From positions 9,064 through 73,063 of the forward strand of contig CAVHTI010000005.1 in the NCBI GenBank assembly GCA_963638805.1: DNA of 64,000 bases. Reading direction: 5' to 3'. How positions within the stretch are numbered: position 1 is the first letter of the stretch; each line of letters starts with the position of its first letter. Shown one piece after another: positions 55,161-63,960 of the stretch. The translations under genes and the position numbers were made by a program. Below the pieces are notes generated by a model that saw only the letters and a list, made by a program, of their open reading frames with translations, was not told the origin of the DNA and did no database searches. The DNA is from Anaerobutyricum sp. Its GTDB lineage: Bacteria; Spirochaetota; Spirochaetia; Treponematales; Treponemataceae.

Positions 55161-56658
55161 TTCTGATGTTTTTAAAAAGTACACGGATAAAGAAACTTTT
55201 GAAAAAATTGTAAATTATGATTCAATATCTCAAATGTGGCAGAATTGTATTCAAAAATATTCTGAACTGAATGCAATTGATTTTGACGGAAAAAAATATA
55301 CCTTTGCCCAGCTGGAAAATGATGTTTCCGCTTTTAGATCGTTATTGAAAAGTCTTGAAAGAGGGCAGCGCGTCGCTTTGTTCAGTTCAAATTCTTACAA
55401 TTTTGTAAAAGTTTATCTTGCAATTGTAACTTCCGGACTGTCTTGTGTGATTTTGCCAGCTCATCTTGATGAAATGTCAGTTTTTGGCTGTTGTATGAAA
55501 TTTGGCGCAAAAACTCTTGTAACTTCGCCGGAACTTGAAGAAAAAACAAAAATCGCGGCAAGCAAAGGCATTAATATCCTAAAAACTTCTGATTTTGGTG
55601 AAGAAAAACTTCCGCCTGTTGAAGTAAAACCAGAATCAGAGGCCGTTTTGATGTTTACTGGCGGAACAACCGGCAAAAGCAAGGCCGCAATTTTAAATAA
55701 TCGTGCAATAATGCAGGGCACTGTGAACGGTTGCTACGGATATAAAGACGTATTTAATCAAAAATATATTCTTGTACTTCCGCTTTCTCATGTTTTTGGT
55801 TTAATCAGAAATCTTATGACTTCGCTGTATACCGGCAGTGAACTGTTAATTTGTAAAAATAATAAGGATATGTTTAAAGATATTGCAGTTTTTAAACCTA
55901 CAATCCTTGTTGCTGTCCCGGCCCTTTTGGAAATGTCGCTGAATCTTTCTCGTCAGTTTGGAAAAAATATGCTTGGTGAGTCTATGAAATATGTAATTTG
56001 CGGGGCCGCTGCAGTTCCTCCGTATTTAATTTCTGAATGGAAAAAGTATAATGTCACGGTTTTTGCCGGCTATGGCTTAACGGAATCTGCAAATCTTGTG
56101 TGCGGAAATCCTGAAAGTGCCACAAAACCTGATTCTGTTGGATTTTTGTATCCGAATCAGGAAGTTAAAATTGTTGACGGTGAACTTTATCTCAAGGGTA
56201 ATAATATGTTTACCGAATATGCTGCCGAACCGGAAGAAAATAAAAATGCTTTTGACGACGGTTGGTTTAAAACCGGAGACCTGGTTCGCCTTGATGATGA
56301 CGGATTCCTTTACATTACGGGCCGCATAAAAGAAGTCATTGTTCTGACAACTGGCGAAAATATTTCTCCGGCGGAAGTTGAAGTTCACTTTAATCAGCTG
56401 AATCTTATCCAGGATTCTCAGGTTTACGAAGATATTGATGAAAGTGGCAAACATTTTCTGGCACTGGAAGTTGTTCCGCGCGCTACGGAAATGGCAAAAC
56501 TCAAAGAAGAAAACAAGGCCGAAGTTCTTACAAAGGAACTTGAAAAAATCAATAATTCGTTGCCTTTATTTGAACGCGTTTCAAAAATCATTATCCGCAC
56601 TTCAGATTTTGAAAGAACTCCAAGCATGAAAATCAAGAGATACAAAAAATGCAATTAA
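55153..56658 (+). CDS. ANL-superfamily AMP-dependent ligase (acyl-carrier-protein/CoA synthetase-like)
   Basis: FTGGTTGKSK (A3), GYGLTES (A5), TGD (A8) and C-terminal MKIKR. AGGAG lies 5 nt upstream. Overlaps the upstream gene by 8 nt. Confidence 0.85.
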   Translation: MTNSDVFKKYTDKETFEKIVNYDSISQMWQNCIQKYSELNAIDFDGKKYTFAQLENDVSAFRSLLKSLERGQRVALFSSNSYNFVKVYLAIVTSGLSCVILPAHLDEMSVFGCCMKFGAKTLVTSPELEEKTKIAASKGINILKTSDFGEEKLPPVEVKPESEAVLMFTGGTTGKSKAAILNNRAIMQGTVNGCYGYKDVFNQKYILVLPLSHVFGLIRNLMTSLYTGSELLICKNNKDMFKDIAVFKPTILVAVPALLEMSLNLSRQFGKNMLGESMKYVICGAAAVPPYLISEWKKYNVTVFAGYGLTESANLVCGNPESATKPDSVGFLYPNQEVKIVDGELYLKGNNMFTEYAAEPEENKNAFDDGWFKTGDLVRLDDDGFLYITGRIKEVIVLTTGENISPAEVEVHFNQLNLIQDSQVYEDIDESGKHFLALEVVPRATEMAKLKEENKAEVLTKELEKINNSLPLFERVSKIIIRTSDFERTPSMKIKRYKKCN

Positions 56659-56906
56659 ATAAAGATGAAATTGTTAAAAAACTGGTAGAAATTCTTATAA
56701 ATCAGGACGAAAAATATAAGTCCCTTGAATCAAACGTGACGGACGATATGTCTCTCACGACGGATTTGGGGCTTAATTCTGTGGGAATGCTTTATCTTGT
56801 GATTGTGATTGAAGAAACTTTCGGTATTCATTTTGAAGACATTGGAATTGATGATTTCAAGACTTTTGGTGATATGGTCAGTTATATTCAAGAAAATCAA
56901 AAATGA
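56649..56906 (+). CDS. Acyl/peptidyl carrier protein
   Basis: 85 aa. The phosphopantetheine-attachment context DLGLNSVGM differs from the canonical FAS ACP motif DLGADSLD. Confidence 0.8.
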   Translation: MQLNKDEIVKKLVEILINQDEKYKSLESNVTDDMSLTTDLGLNSVGMLYLVIVIEETFGIHFEDIGIDDFKTFGDMVSYIQENQK

Positions 56907-57556
56907 CGACTTTCGATTTTTTTTCTGTGTTTAAAAAAAAACTTCCGGTTCTTGACGTTTATATTTCAAGAATCCCTGAAAATTTGCAGATAAAACCGGT
57001 TTTTCCGCCTGAACGCTATGATGAAATTCAAAATGTAAAAAATGAAAGCGTAAAGTGCCAAAAATACTGGTCGTGGAAGGTTTTAGAAAATGCTTTGTCA
57101 AAAAGTTTTGGTTTAAAAATGGAGGACATCAGGTTTTCAAAAACTAAAAAAGGAAAATGGCTTTGCAATAAATGCTATTTTTCAATTTCAAACACAGAAA
57201 AAATTGTTGCGATTGCCGTTTCAAATAAAACTGTCGGAGTTGATATAGAAAATATTGAAAAATTTTCTTCAAAAGAGCACAAAATAAAAAATCTTTTTGA
57301 AAGAATTGCAAATCCGACAGAATTAAAACTGGCAAACGAAGAAATTTCCGTAAAAGATTTTCTTGAACTCTGGACTAAAAAAGAGGCCGCGTATAAATCT
57401 GAAAAAAAACAGAAAAATTTTAATCCGCAGAAAATGGTTTTAAACGAAAATTACGTTTTTACAAAATTCGGCGTCCTGGAAAATACCGGATATTGCCTGT
57501 CGCTGTATTCTCCGCTAAAAAATTCTGTTCAGTTTTTTGATTTCACCGAGGAATAA
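56903..57556 (+). CDS. Sfp-type 4'-phosphopantetheinyl transferase
   Basis: 217 aa (two-domain Sfp size rather than the ~120-aa AcpS). Motifs VGVDIE and WTKKEAAYK. ATGA overlap with the carrier gene. Confidence 0.8.
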   Translation: MTTFDFFSVFKKKLPVLDVYISRIPENLQIKPVFPPERYDEIQNVKNESVKCQKYWSWKVLENALSKSFGLKMEDIRFSKTKKGKWLCNKCYFSISNTEKIVAIAVSNKTVGVDIENIEKFSSKEHKIKNLFERIANPTELKLANEEISVKDFLELWTKKEAAYKSEKKQKNFNPQKMVLNENYVFTKFGVLENTGYCLSLYSPLKNSVQFFDFTEE

Positions 57557-57558
57557 AA

Positions 57559-58464
57559 ATGATTATTTTTCTTATAACTTTGTTTTCTCTGATTATTCCC
57601 GTCATTCTGGCGCCTTTTGGTTTTCCGTTCGGCGTTTTTTTTAGTCTCCTTTTTCGGCATAAAAAATTTGTAAAAGATGATGATTTTGAAATTCAGTTTG
57701 ATAAAGAAATCCTTGAGTTAAAAAATTATAAAAAGATTAAAGCTGAAATAAAAACCCGCGATCACCTAAAATTAAAAGCAGAATATTTTGATTTTGGTTT
57801 TAAAAAAGCTGTAATTTTGATTCCGGGTTATAAAAATTCTCCATATTTTAATTTTTCGGATTCTGCAAAAGTTTTTGTTCAAAATGGTTACAATCTTCTG
57901 ATGACTCATCAGCGCGCTTACGGAAAACACACCGGGCATTATTGCGGGACGGGTTTAAAAGAACAGTACGATTTGCTCCAGTGGATTGACTACCTCAGTA
58001 AAAACACGGATTGCCAGAGTATTGTCATTTACGGAGTTTCTATGGGCGCTGCGACCGTTGCCTATTGTTCAGAAAAAATCAAAGATGAAAAAGTAAAAAC
58101 ACTTTTGATTGATTCGGCGTACACGTCTTTTTATGATATGCTTTATTTGTCCGCTTCAAAAAGAAAAATTATGGGCCCGCTTGTTTTAAAAGTGATTCCT
58201 TTTCTTGCAAAAACTTTTTTAAAAATCAATTTAAAGTCGCAAACTTCTGATTGTTTAAAAAATAACAAAATTCCTTCGATTTTTCTGGCCGGCTCTGAAG
58301 ACAAAACGGTTCCGGTATCTAATTTTTTAAACTTGTATTATAATAATAGTTCTGAAAAACTATTAATCATCGTGCCGGGTGCTTCTCATATAAAAGCGTT
58401 TACAGTTGGCGGGCCGGTAGTTCAGAAAAAAATATTTGATTTTATAAAAAAGGTGGATTGTTAA
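57559..58464 (+). CDS. Membrane-anchored alpha/beta hydrolase (paralogue 1, Ser nucleophile)
   Basis: N-terminal TM helix, nucleophile elbow GVSMG, and Asp (GSEDK) and His (GASHI) contexts. Confidence 0.75.
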   Translation: MIIFLITLFSLIIPVILAPFGFPFGVFFSLLFRHKKFVKDDDFEIQFDKEILELKNYKKIKAEIKTRDHLKLKAEYFDFGFKKAVILIPGYKNSPYFNFSDSAKVFVQNGYNLLMTHQRAYGKHTGHYCGTGLKEQYDLLQWIDYLSKNTDCQSIVIYGVSMGAATVAYCSEKIKDEKVKTLLIDSAYTSFYDMLYLSASKRKIMGPLVLKVIPFLAKTFLKINLKSQTSDCLKNNKIPSIFLAGSEDKTVPVSNFLNLYYNNSSEKLLIIVPGASHIKAFTVGGPVVQKKIFDFIKKVDC

Positions 58465-59400
58465 ATGTCTGATTTTGCGATTGTAACAGATTCTTTTTGT
58501 GAACTGAGTAAAGAAATTCGTGACCGCTACGATATTGATTTTGTTCCTGGCCATATTGCTTTTCCGGATGGAAGGGAAGGAAAATTAAATCTTGAGTGGG
58601 ATTTAATGCCGGAAGAAGAATTTTATTCTAATATCAAAAAAAATCCGGATTTTTACAAAAGTTCACCGGCAAATGTCGCAGAAATGGCTCAAAAATTTGA
58701 ATCTTACGCAAAAAATAAAAAAGGCGTTTTGTTTATTGCAATTTCCACGGCAATTAGTGGCACTTACAATTTTGCACTTCAGGCTAAAAAAATCGTTCAG
58801 GAAAAATATCCCGAATCTCAAATAGAAATTATTGATTCTATGCGTTATGGTCACGGACACGGCCTTATGTGTGTTCATGCTTCGCAAATGCGGGATTCTG
58901 GAAAATCTTTGAATGAAGTTTACGAATATATGAATTCAAACAAAAACACTTATCATCAGGGGGGCTGGCTTGATGATTTGTCTTTTGTCGCAAAAAAAGG
59001 CAGAATTTCTAATTCAAAGGCATTTTTTGGAACTTTAGTCGGCATTAAACCAATCGGTGAATTTGATGATGCCGGCCTGACAACAATTCTTGGCAACGTT
59101 AAAGGCGAAAAAACTGCATATAAAGTTGTCCTGGATTACATTGAAAATACAATTCTTGATGCTCAGAATCAGACAATTATTATTGGTTACACAAAACGAG
59201 AAAAACAGGCGGAAATTCTTAAAGCAATGATAGAAGACAGATTTCATCCAAAAGAAATTCTTATGAGTAAGTTTTTCTGCGGTTGTGGAATTAACGTTGG
59301 CCCTGGATTAATGAGTGCCTACTATTCTGGAAAACCTATTTCTAAAGGTCTTGAAACAGAAAAAAAACTTTTTGCAGAACTGATTGCAAAAAACAAGTAG
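58465..59400 (+). CDS. DegV-family fatty-acid-binding protein (FakB-like)
   Basis: Starts IVTDSFCELS, about 310 aa, DegV-type two-domain pattern. Confidence 0.8.
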   Translation: MSDFAIVTDSFCELSKEIRDRYDIDFVPGHIAFPDGREGKLNLEWDLMPEEEFYSNIKKNPDFYKSSPANVAEMAQKFESYAKNKKGVLFIAISTAISGTYNFALQAKKIVQEKYPESQIEIIDSMRYGHGHGLMCVHASQMRDSGKSLNEVYEYMNSNKNTYHQGGWLDDLSFVAKKGRISNSKAFFGTLVGIKPIGEFDDAGLTTILGNVKGEKTAYKVVLDYIENTILDAQNQTIIIGYTKREKQAEILKAMIEDRFHPKEILMSKFFCGCGINVGPGLMSAYYSGKPISKGLETEKKLFAELIAKNK

Positions 59401-59407
59401 GACAAAA

Positions 59408-61063
59408 ATGAGCGTAACAAGTTTAAACGGCGAAATTTTACGGGGAATGTTGCAAAACGGATTAAATAATATCCGTGTTCACGAAACTGAAGTAAATGAC
59501 ATGAATGTTTTTCCGGTCCCTGATGGTGATACCGGTACAAATATGCGCCTGACCTTGCAAAATGGCCTTGCAAATGCACCTGCCGACCGGGATTTGGGTG
59601 CTTATCTGAAAAAAGTAAAAAAAGGAATGCTTCTTGGTGCGCGCGGAAATTCCGGAGTAATTTTATCTCAGTTGTTTTCCGGCCTTTCTGAATCTTTGGA
59701 ACGAGACAGCATCGTCAATGTCGATGAATTTCGTGATGCTCTTGTACAGGCATATAAAACCGCCTACAAATCTGTTATAAAACCCGTTGAAGGTACAATT
59801 TTGACGGTGGCGCGGGAAGGTATTGAGCAGATAAAACATCAGATTAGCCGCAGAATTACTTTTGAAACTGAACTTTCTATGTATATTGCTCAAATGCGAA
59901 AAAGTTTGAAATTGACGCCGGAACTTCTGCCGGTTTTAAAAGATGCCGGCGTTATGGACAGTGGCGCGACCGGCTATATTTATATTTTTGAAGGTATGCT
60001 TTCGTATTTGAACGGCGAAATTATTTCTGCGGAAGAAAAATCTGAAAAAGAAATACAAAATCCAGTGTCAAATTTAAATACTCAAAGTTTTACTGCGGAC
60101 AGCAAATTTGAGGACGGATATTGTACGGAATTTCTTCTGCAGCTTTTAAAGGACGAAAAATACAATCAGGATTTTAACATTGATGATTTTATAAAAGAAA
60201 TTTCTTTGCTTGGAAATTCTCTTGTGGTTTTGCAGGAGGACGACCGCGTAAAAGTTCATATTCACAGTTTAAAACCTGCTGCCGTTATAGAAAAAGCTCA
60301 AAAATACGGCGAATTTGTTACATTCAAAATGGAAAATATGCAGTTGCAACACAACGAACATATTGTTCACATGCAGGAAATTCAGCAGCGCGCAGAACAT
60401 AAAGAATTTGCCGTAATTGCAGTTGCAAACGGAGAAGGAATCACAGAACTTTTTAATTCTATGGGTTGTGACATTGTGATTGACGGTGGCCCGACGATGA
60501 ATACTTCTGCGGAAGAATTTTTGAACGCTTACAAAAAATTAAATGCAGATTTTATTGTAGTTTTGCCGAATAATAAAAATATTTTCCAGTCCGTAAAACA
60601 GTCAATTGAACTTTCCGGAAATTCCAATATCAAGATGCTTGAAACTCAAAATCTTGTGGAAGGCTACTATGCACTTGCAATGGGTAACGTTGAATCTTCC
60701 GACCGCGACTATAAACTTTCGCTTATGCAGGACGGAATTGACGGTGTGGACGTTGTTTCCATCACGGTTGCGTCGCGCGATTATTCTAACGACGGAGTTT
60801 CCTGCCTGAAAAATGATTTTGTTGCCCTTTTGAATGGAAAACTTATTGCGTCTGCAAATGAATTAAAAAATCTTATAGAAAATATTTCTGATAAAATACC
60901 TGACATCAAAGAAAAAGAATCCTGTGTTGTGTTCAAAGGCGCCGAAGCTGACGATGATTTGCAAAATCAATTGCAGGAAATTCTTTGCGATGCCATTCCT
61001 GACACGGAATTCAGTTTTGTTGACGGTGGCCAGAAAATTTTTTACTTTTTGATGGGATTTTAG
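59408..61063 (+). CDS. DAK2-domain protein, YloV/FakA-like fatty acid kinase subunit
   Basis: NVFPVPDGDTGTNM DhaL/Dak2 signature and a long C-terminal extension, as in YloV. The ORF-track start 59384 was trimmed to ATG 59408, just after the degV stop. Confidence 0.8.
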   Translation: MSVTSLNGEILRGMLQNGLNNIRVHETEVNDMNVFPVPDGDTGTNMRLTLQNGLANAPADRDLGAYLKKVKKGMLLGARGNSGVILSQLFSGLSESLERDSIVNVDEFRDALVQAYKTAYKSVIKPVEGTILTVAREGIEQIKHQISRRITFETELSMYIAQMRKSLKLTPELLPVLKDAGVMDSGATGYIYIFEGMLSYLNGEIISAEEKSEKEIQNPVSNLNTQSFTADSKFEDGYCTEFLLQLLKDEKYNQDFNIDDFIKEISLLGNSLVVLQEDDRVKVHIHSLKPAAVIEKAQKYGEFVTFKMENMQLQHNEHIVHMQEIQQRAEHKEFAVIAVANGEGITELFNSMGCDIVIDGGPTMNTSAEEFLNAYKKLNADFIVVLPNNKNIFQSVKQSIELSGNSNIKMLETQNLVEGYYALAMGNVESSDRDYKLSLMQDGIDGVDVVSITVASRDYSNDGVSCLKNDFVALLNGKLIASANELKNLIENISDKIPDIKEKESCVVFKGAEADDDLQNQLQEILCDAIPDTEFSFVDGGQKIFYFLMGF

Positions 61064-61073
61064 GATTTTCATT

Positions 61074-62012
61074 ATGATTTCAAGAATTTTTTTAATCATT
61101 GCTGCTTTTATTATTTTTTCGGCAGTAGTTTTTATTTTGGTTCCGCCGTTTATTGTTTATAAAATTCTGCTTGTTCGTACAAAAAAATCAAAATGGGGAC
61201 GCGAATGCAGCATGACGACGGATAAAGAACAGATGGAAATGTTTTCTACCGGCGAACAATGGCTTGAAACTTATAAAGAATTTTCCTCAGATGTAAAAAT
61301 TAACAGTGAAGGTTTTAATCTTGCGGGCATTTATTTTGATTTTGGTTTTAAAAAATCCGTAATCATAATTGCCGGAAGAAGTGAAAGCTGCCTGTACTGC
61401 TGTTATTTTGCCGAACCTTACAGAAAAAGCGGTTATAACGTGCTTGTAATTGATAATCGTTGTCACGGATTGTCTGACGGAAAGTACAATACCGTTGGTT
61501 ATAAGGAATACGCCGACATTCTTGCCTGGGGAAAATTCCTTCATGATGAAAAAAATAACGAAAGTGTAATTTGTCACGGAATTTGTATTGGTTCAACGAC
61601 TGCGTTGTATGCGCTCATAAGGCCTGAATGTCCTGACTATATGAAAGGTTTGATTGCGGACGGAATGTTCACGACTTTTAAAGAATCTTTTAATAATCAT
61701 CTTATTGATCAGCATCGCCTGCAATTCCCGACTACTCAAATTGTGATGCTTCTTCTTTCCATTCATTCTGGGGAAAATGCGTTTAAAAAAGGCCCCGTGA
61801 CCGTAATTCAAGATTATAAAAAGCCGATTTTGTTTTTGTACAGCAAGCAGGATAAATTTTCCCTGCCCAAAAATGCCGAAGAACTTTATTCAAAATGTAA
61901 TTCAAAAAAGAAACTCGTGTGGTTTGAAAAGGGCGTGCATTCACATTTGCGCATAAATGCACCAGAAAAATACGATGATTCAATCTGCGAATTTGTAAAA
62001 GAAAATTTCTAA
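61074..62012 (+). CDS. Membrane-anchored alpha/beta hydrolase (paralogue 2, Cys at the nucleophile position)
   Basis: Paralogue of 57559-58464 (shared YFDFGFKK[AS]VI). The elbow reads GICIG (TGT at 61584-61586). Asp (SKQDK) and His (GVHSH) contexts are retained. Confidence 0.75.
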   Translation: MISRIFLIIAAFIIFSAVVFILVPPFIVYKILLVRTKKSKWGRECSMTTDKEQMEMFSTGEQWLETYKEFSSDVKINSEGFNLAGIYFDFGFKKSVIIIAGRSESCLYCCYFAEPYRKSGYNVLVIDNRCHGLSDGKYNTVGYKEYADILAWGKFLHDEKNNESVICHGICIGSTTALYALIRPECPDYMKGLIADGMFTTFKESFNNHLIDQHRLQFPTTQIVMLLLSIHSGENAFKKGPVTVIQDYKKPILFLYSKQDKFSLPKNAEELYSKCNSKKKLVWFEKGVHSHLRINAPEKYDDSICEFVKENF

Positions 62013-62024
62013 AAGACTAAATAT

Positions 62025-62900
62025 ATGGAAAAAACTGCTTTTATAACAATGGATGTTGAATCTTTTTATGATACAAGTTGCGTAAAGGCAAAATTTCCTT
62101 GTGAAAATCAAAAGCAAAATTTTTCCTGTGCGGAAGAAATCCTGAACTTTGCGGAACTTTTACAAAAATATGATTGCAAGGCCACGTTTTTTATAACCGG
62201 AACTTTTATTGACGAAATTAAAAAATATTTTCCGGCCTTAATTCAGTCAAAAAACGAAATTTCACTGCATTGTTATAAACACGTTTCGCCATTAACTCAA
62301 AATTTGGATGAATTTGATGAGGATATAAAAAAAGCGTGCCGTTTGATAAAAGAAAATTCTGGAGTTTTCCCGGCCGGCTACAGGGCGCCTTGTTTTGGAA
62401 TTGATGACGAGAGGCTCAAAATTGTGCGTCAAAATCAGATGAAATACGATTCATCATTTATGGACACGAGTTTGTCGGTTTACAACGGCCGGATTAATAT
62501 GGACGGTTACAAAAAAATCAATGATTCGCTTTATGAAAAAAACGGATTTTATGAATGTGTGCCGTCCGTTGTAAAATTTCTTGGCATAAAATATCCGGTT
62601 TCTGGGGGAGCATATCTGCGCATTCCGCCTTATTTTTTTGTGAAAATTCTTTTAAAAAAATATTTGAAAAACGCGGACAGTTATCTTTTTTACGTTCATC
62701 CTTTTGAAATTTCAAAAAAACGCCTGCCACTTTCTAAAAAATTCAGTCTTGCAGAAATCCTTTATATAAATCGTGGGCGGCGCAGATATTTAAAAAGAAT
62801 TGAAAAAATTTTTATCCTTTTGAAAAAATACGGTTATACTTTTTATACAATTGGTGACTTTGCTGAAAAAATCAAAAATCCGGAGGAAAAAAATGTCTGA
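62025..62900 (+). CDS. Polysaccharide deacetylase (CE4/NodB-like) family protein
   Basis: N-terminal FITMDVESFYD and the SLHCYKH His-pair context resemble CE4 deacetylases. Confidence 0.6.
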   Translation: MEKTAFITMDVESFYDTSCVKAKFPCENQKQNFSCAEEILNFAELLQKYDCKATFFITGTFIDEIKKYFPALIQSKNEISLHCYKHVSPLTQNLDEFDEDIKKACRLIKENSGVFPAGYRAPCFGIDDERLKIVRQNQMKYDSSFMDTSLSVYNGRINMDGYKKINDSLYEKNGFYECVPSVVKFLGIKYPVSGGAYLRIPPYFFVKILLKKYLKNADSYLFYVHPFEISKKRLPLSKKFSLAEILYINRGRRRYLKRIEKIFILLKKYGYTFYTIGDFAEKIKNPEEKNV

Positions 62901-63960
62901 TGATAAGAAAAAATCTGGATCTGAAACTGCAAAAAAAATTTTAGGCGCGGTTGCAGTCACGGCTGGAATTGGAGCGGGAATTTACGGGGCAACATCACTG
63001 TACAATTCATTTTTTGGACGATACGAAAAACTCGACTACAAAGTAAATCCGGGCTTGTATGATTACGAAAAAGTAAAAGATAAATTAAATCGCGAAGAAA
63101 TTTCGTTTTATTCAGATAACGTAAGACTTCAGGGATATTATTATTTTGTGGAAGGTGCAAAAGGTCTTGTGGTTATAAGTCACGGGCTGCACGCCGGCGG
63201 GGACGATTACCTTCCGATTACAATGTTTTTTGTAAAAAATGGCTACGATGTTTTTTCTTTTGATTACAAGGGCACTTACAATTCTGACGGAAAATCGACG
63301 GTTGGAATGAGCGAATCTCTTGTAGATTTAAATAATGCCTTGAATTTTATAAAATCTGACAACAAATTTTATGGCCTAAAAATATTTCTTGTTGGACATT
63401 CCTGGGGCGGTTTTGCAACGGCGGCGGTTTTGTCTTTACAAAAAGGAATCAGTGCGGCCGCGTGCATTGCAGGATTTAACAGCGGTTACACTTTAATCCG
63501 CGAAAAAGGTTTTCAGTACGGCGGAGAACTTGCCGCAAACGGAATTCCCAAAATGTTTCTGGACACTTATCAAAAAATTTTATTTAAAGATTATGCAAAA
63601 TATGATGCGGTTACGGGAATTAACGCTCAGTTCATTCCGGTTTTGCTTGCGCACGGAAAAAAGGATTTTGTAATTGATTTTAATCTTCAGTCAATTGTGT
63701 GTCATGCAAACGAAATCAGAAATCCTCAGGTTCAGTATTATATTGGCGAGGAAGAGCAGGCCGGTCATGATTCAATCTGGCATTCAAAAAATTCTGTTGC
63801 TTATAAAAAATCCGTGGATAAAAAAATCAAGGAAATCAAAAAAAACGGAACAGAGGAAGATTTAATAAAATATTGTTCAACAATTGATGATGAACTTTAC
63901 AGTGAAATAAATTACGAGCTTTTTAATAAAATTCTGATAATGTTTAATAATGTGTTATAA
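62893..63960 (+). CDS. Membrane-anchored alpha/beta hydrolase (third, distinct family member)
   Basis: TM helix, then GHSWGG elbow, with HGKKD and GHDS contexts. ATG 62893 has GGAGG 6 nt upstream and overlaps the CE4 gene stop by 8 nt. The ORF-track TTG 62851 was rejected. Confidence 0.75.
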   Translation: MSDDKKKSGSETAKKILGAVAVTAGIGAGIYGATSLYNSFFGRYEKLDYKVNPGLYDYEKVKDKLNREEISFYSDNVRLQGYYYFVEGAKGLVVISHGLHAGGDDYLPITMFFVKNGYDVFSFDYKGTYNSDGKSTVGMSESLVDLNNALNFIKSDNKFYGLKIFLVGHSWGGFATAAVLSLQKGISAAACIAGFNSGYTLIREKGFQYGGELAANGIPKMFLDTYQKILFKDYAKYDAVTGINAQFIPVLLAHGKKDFVIDFNLQSIVCHANEIRNPQVQYYIGEEEQAGHDSIWHSKNSVAYKKSVDKKIKEIKKNGTEEDLIKYCSTIDDELYSEINYELFNKILIMFNNVL

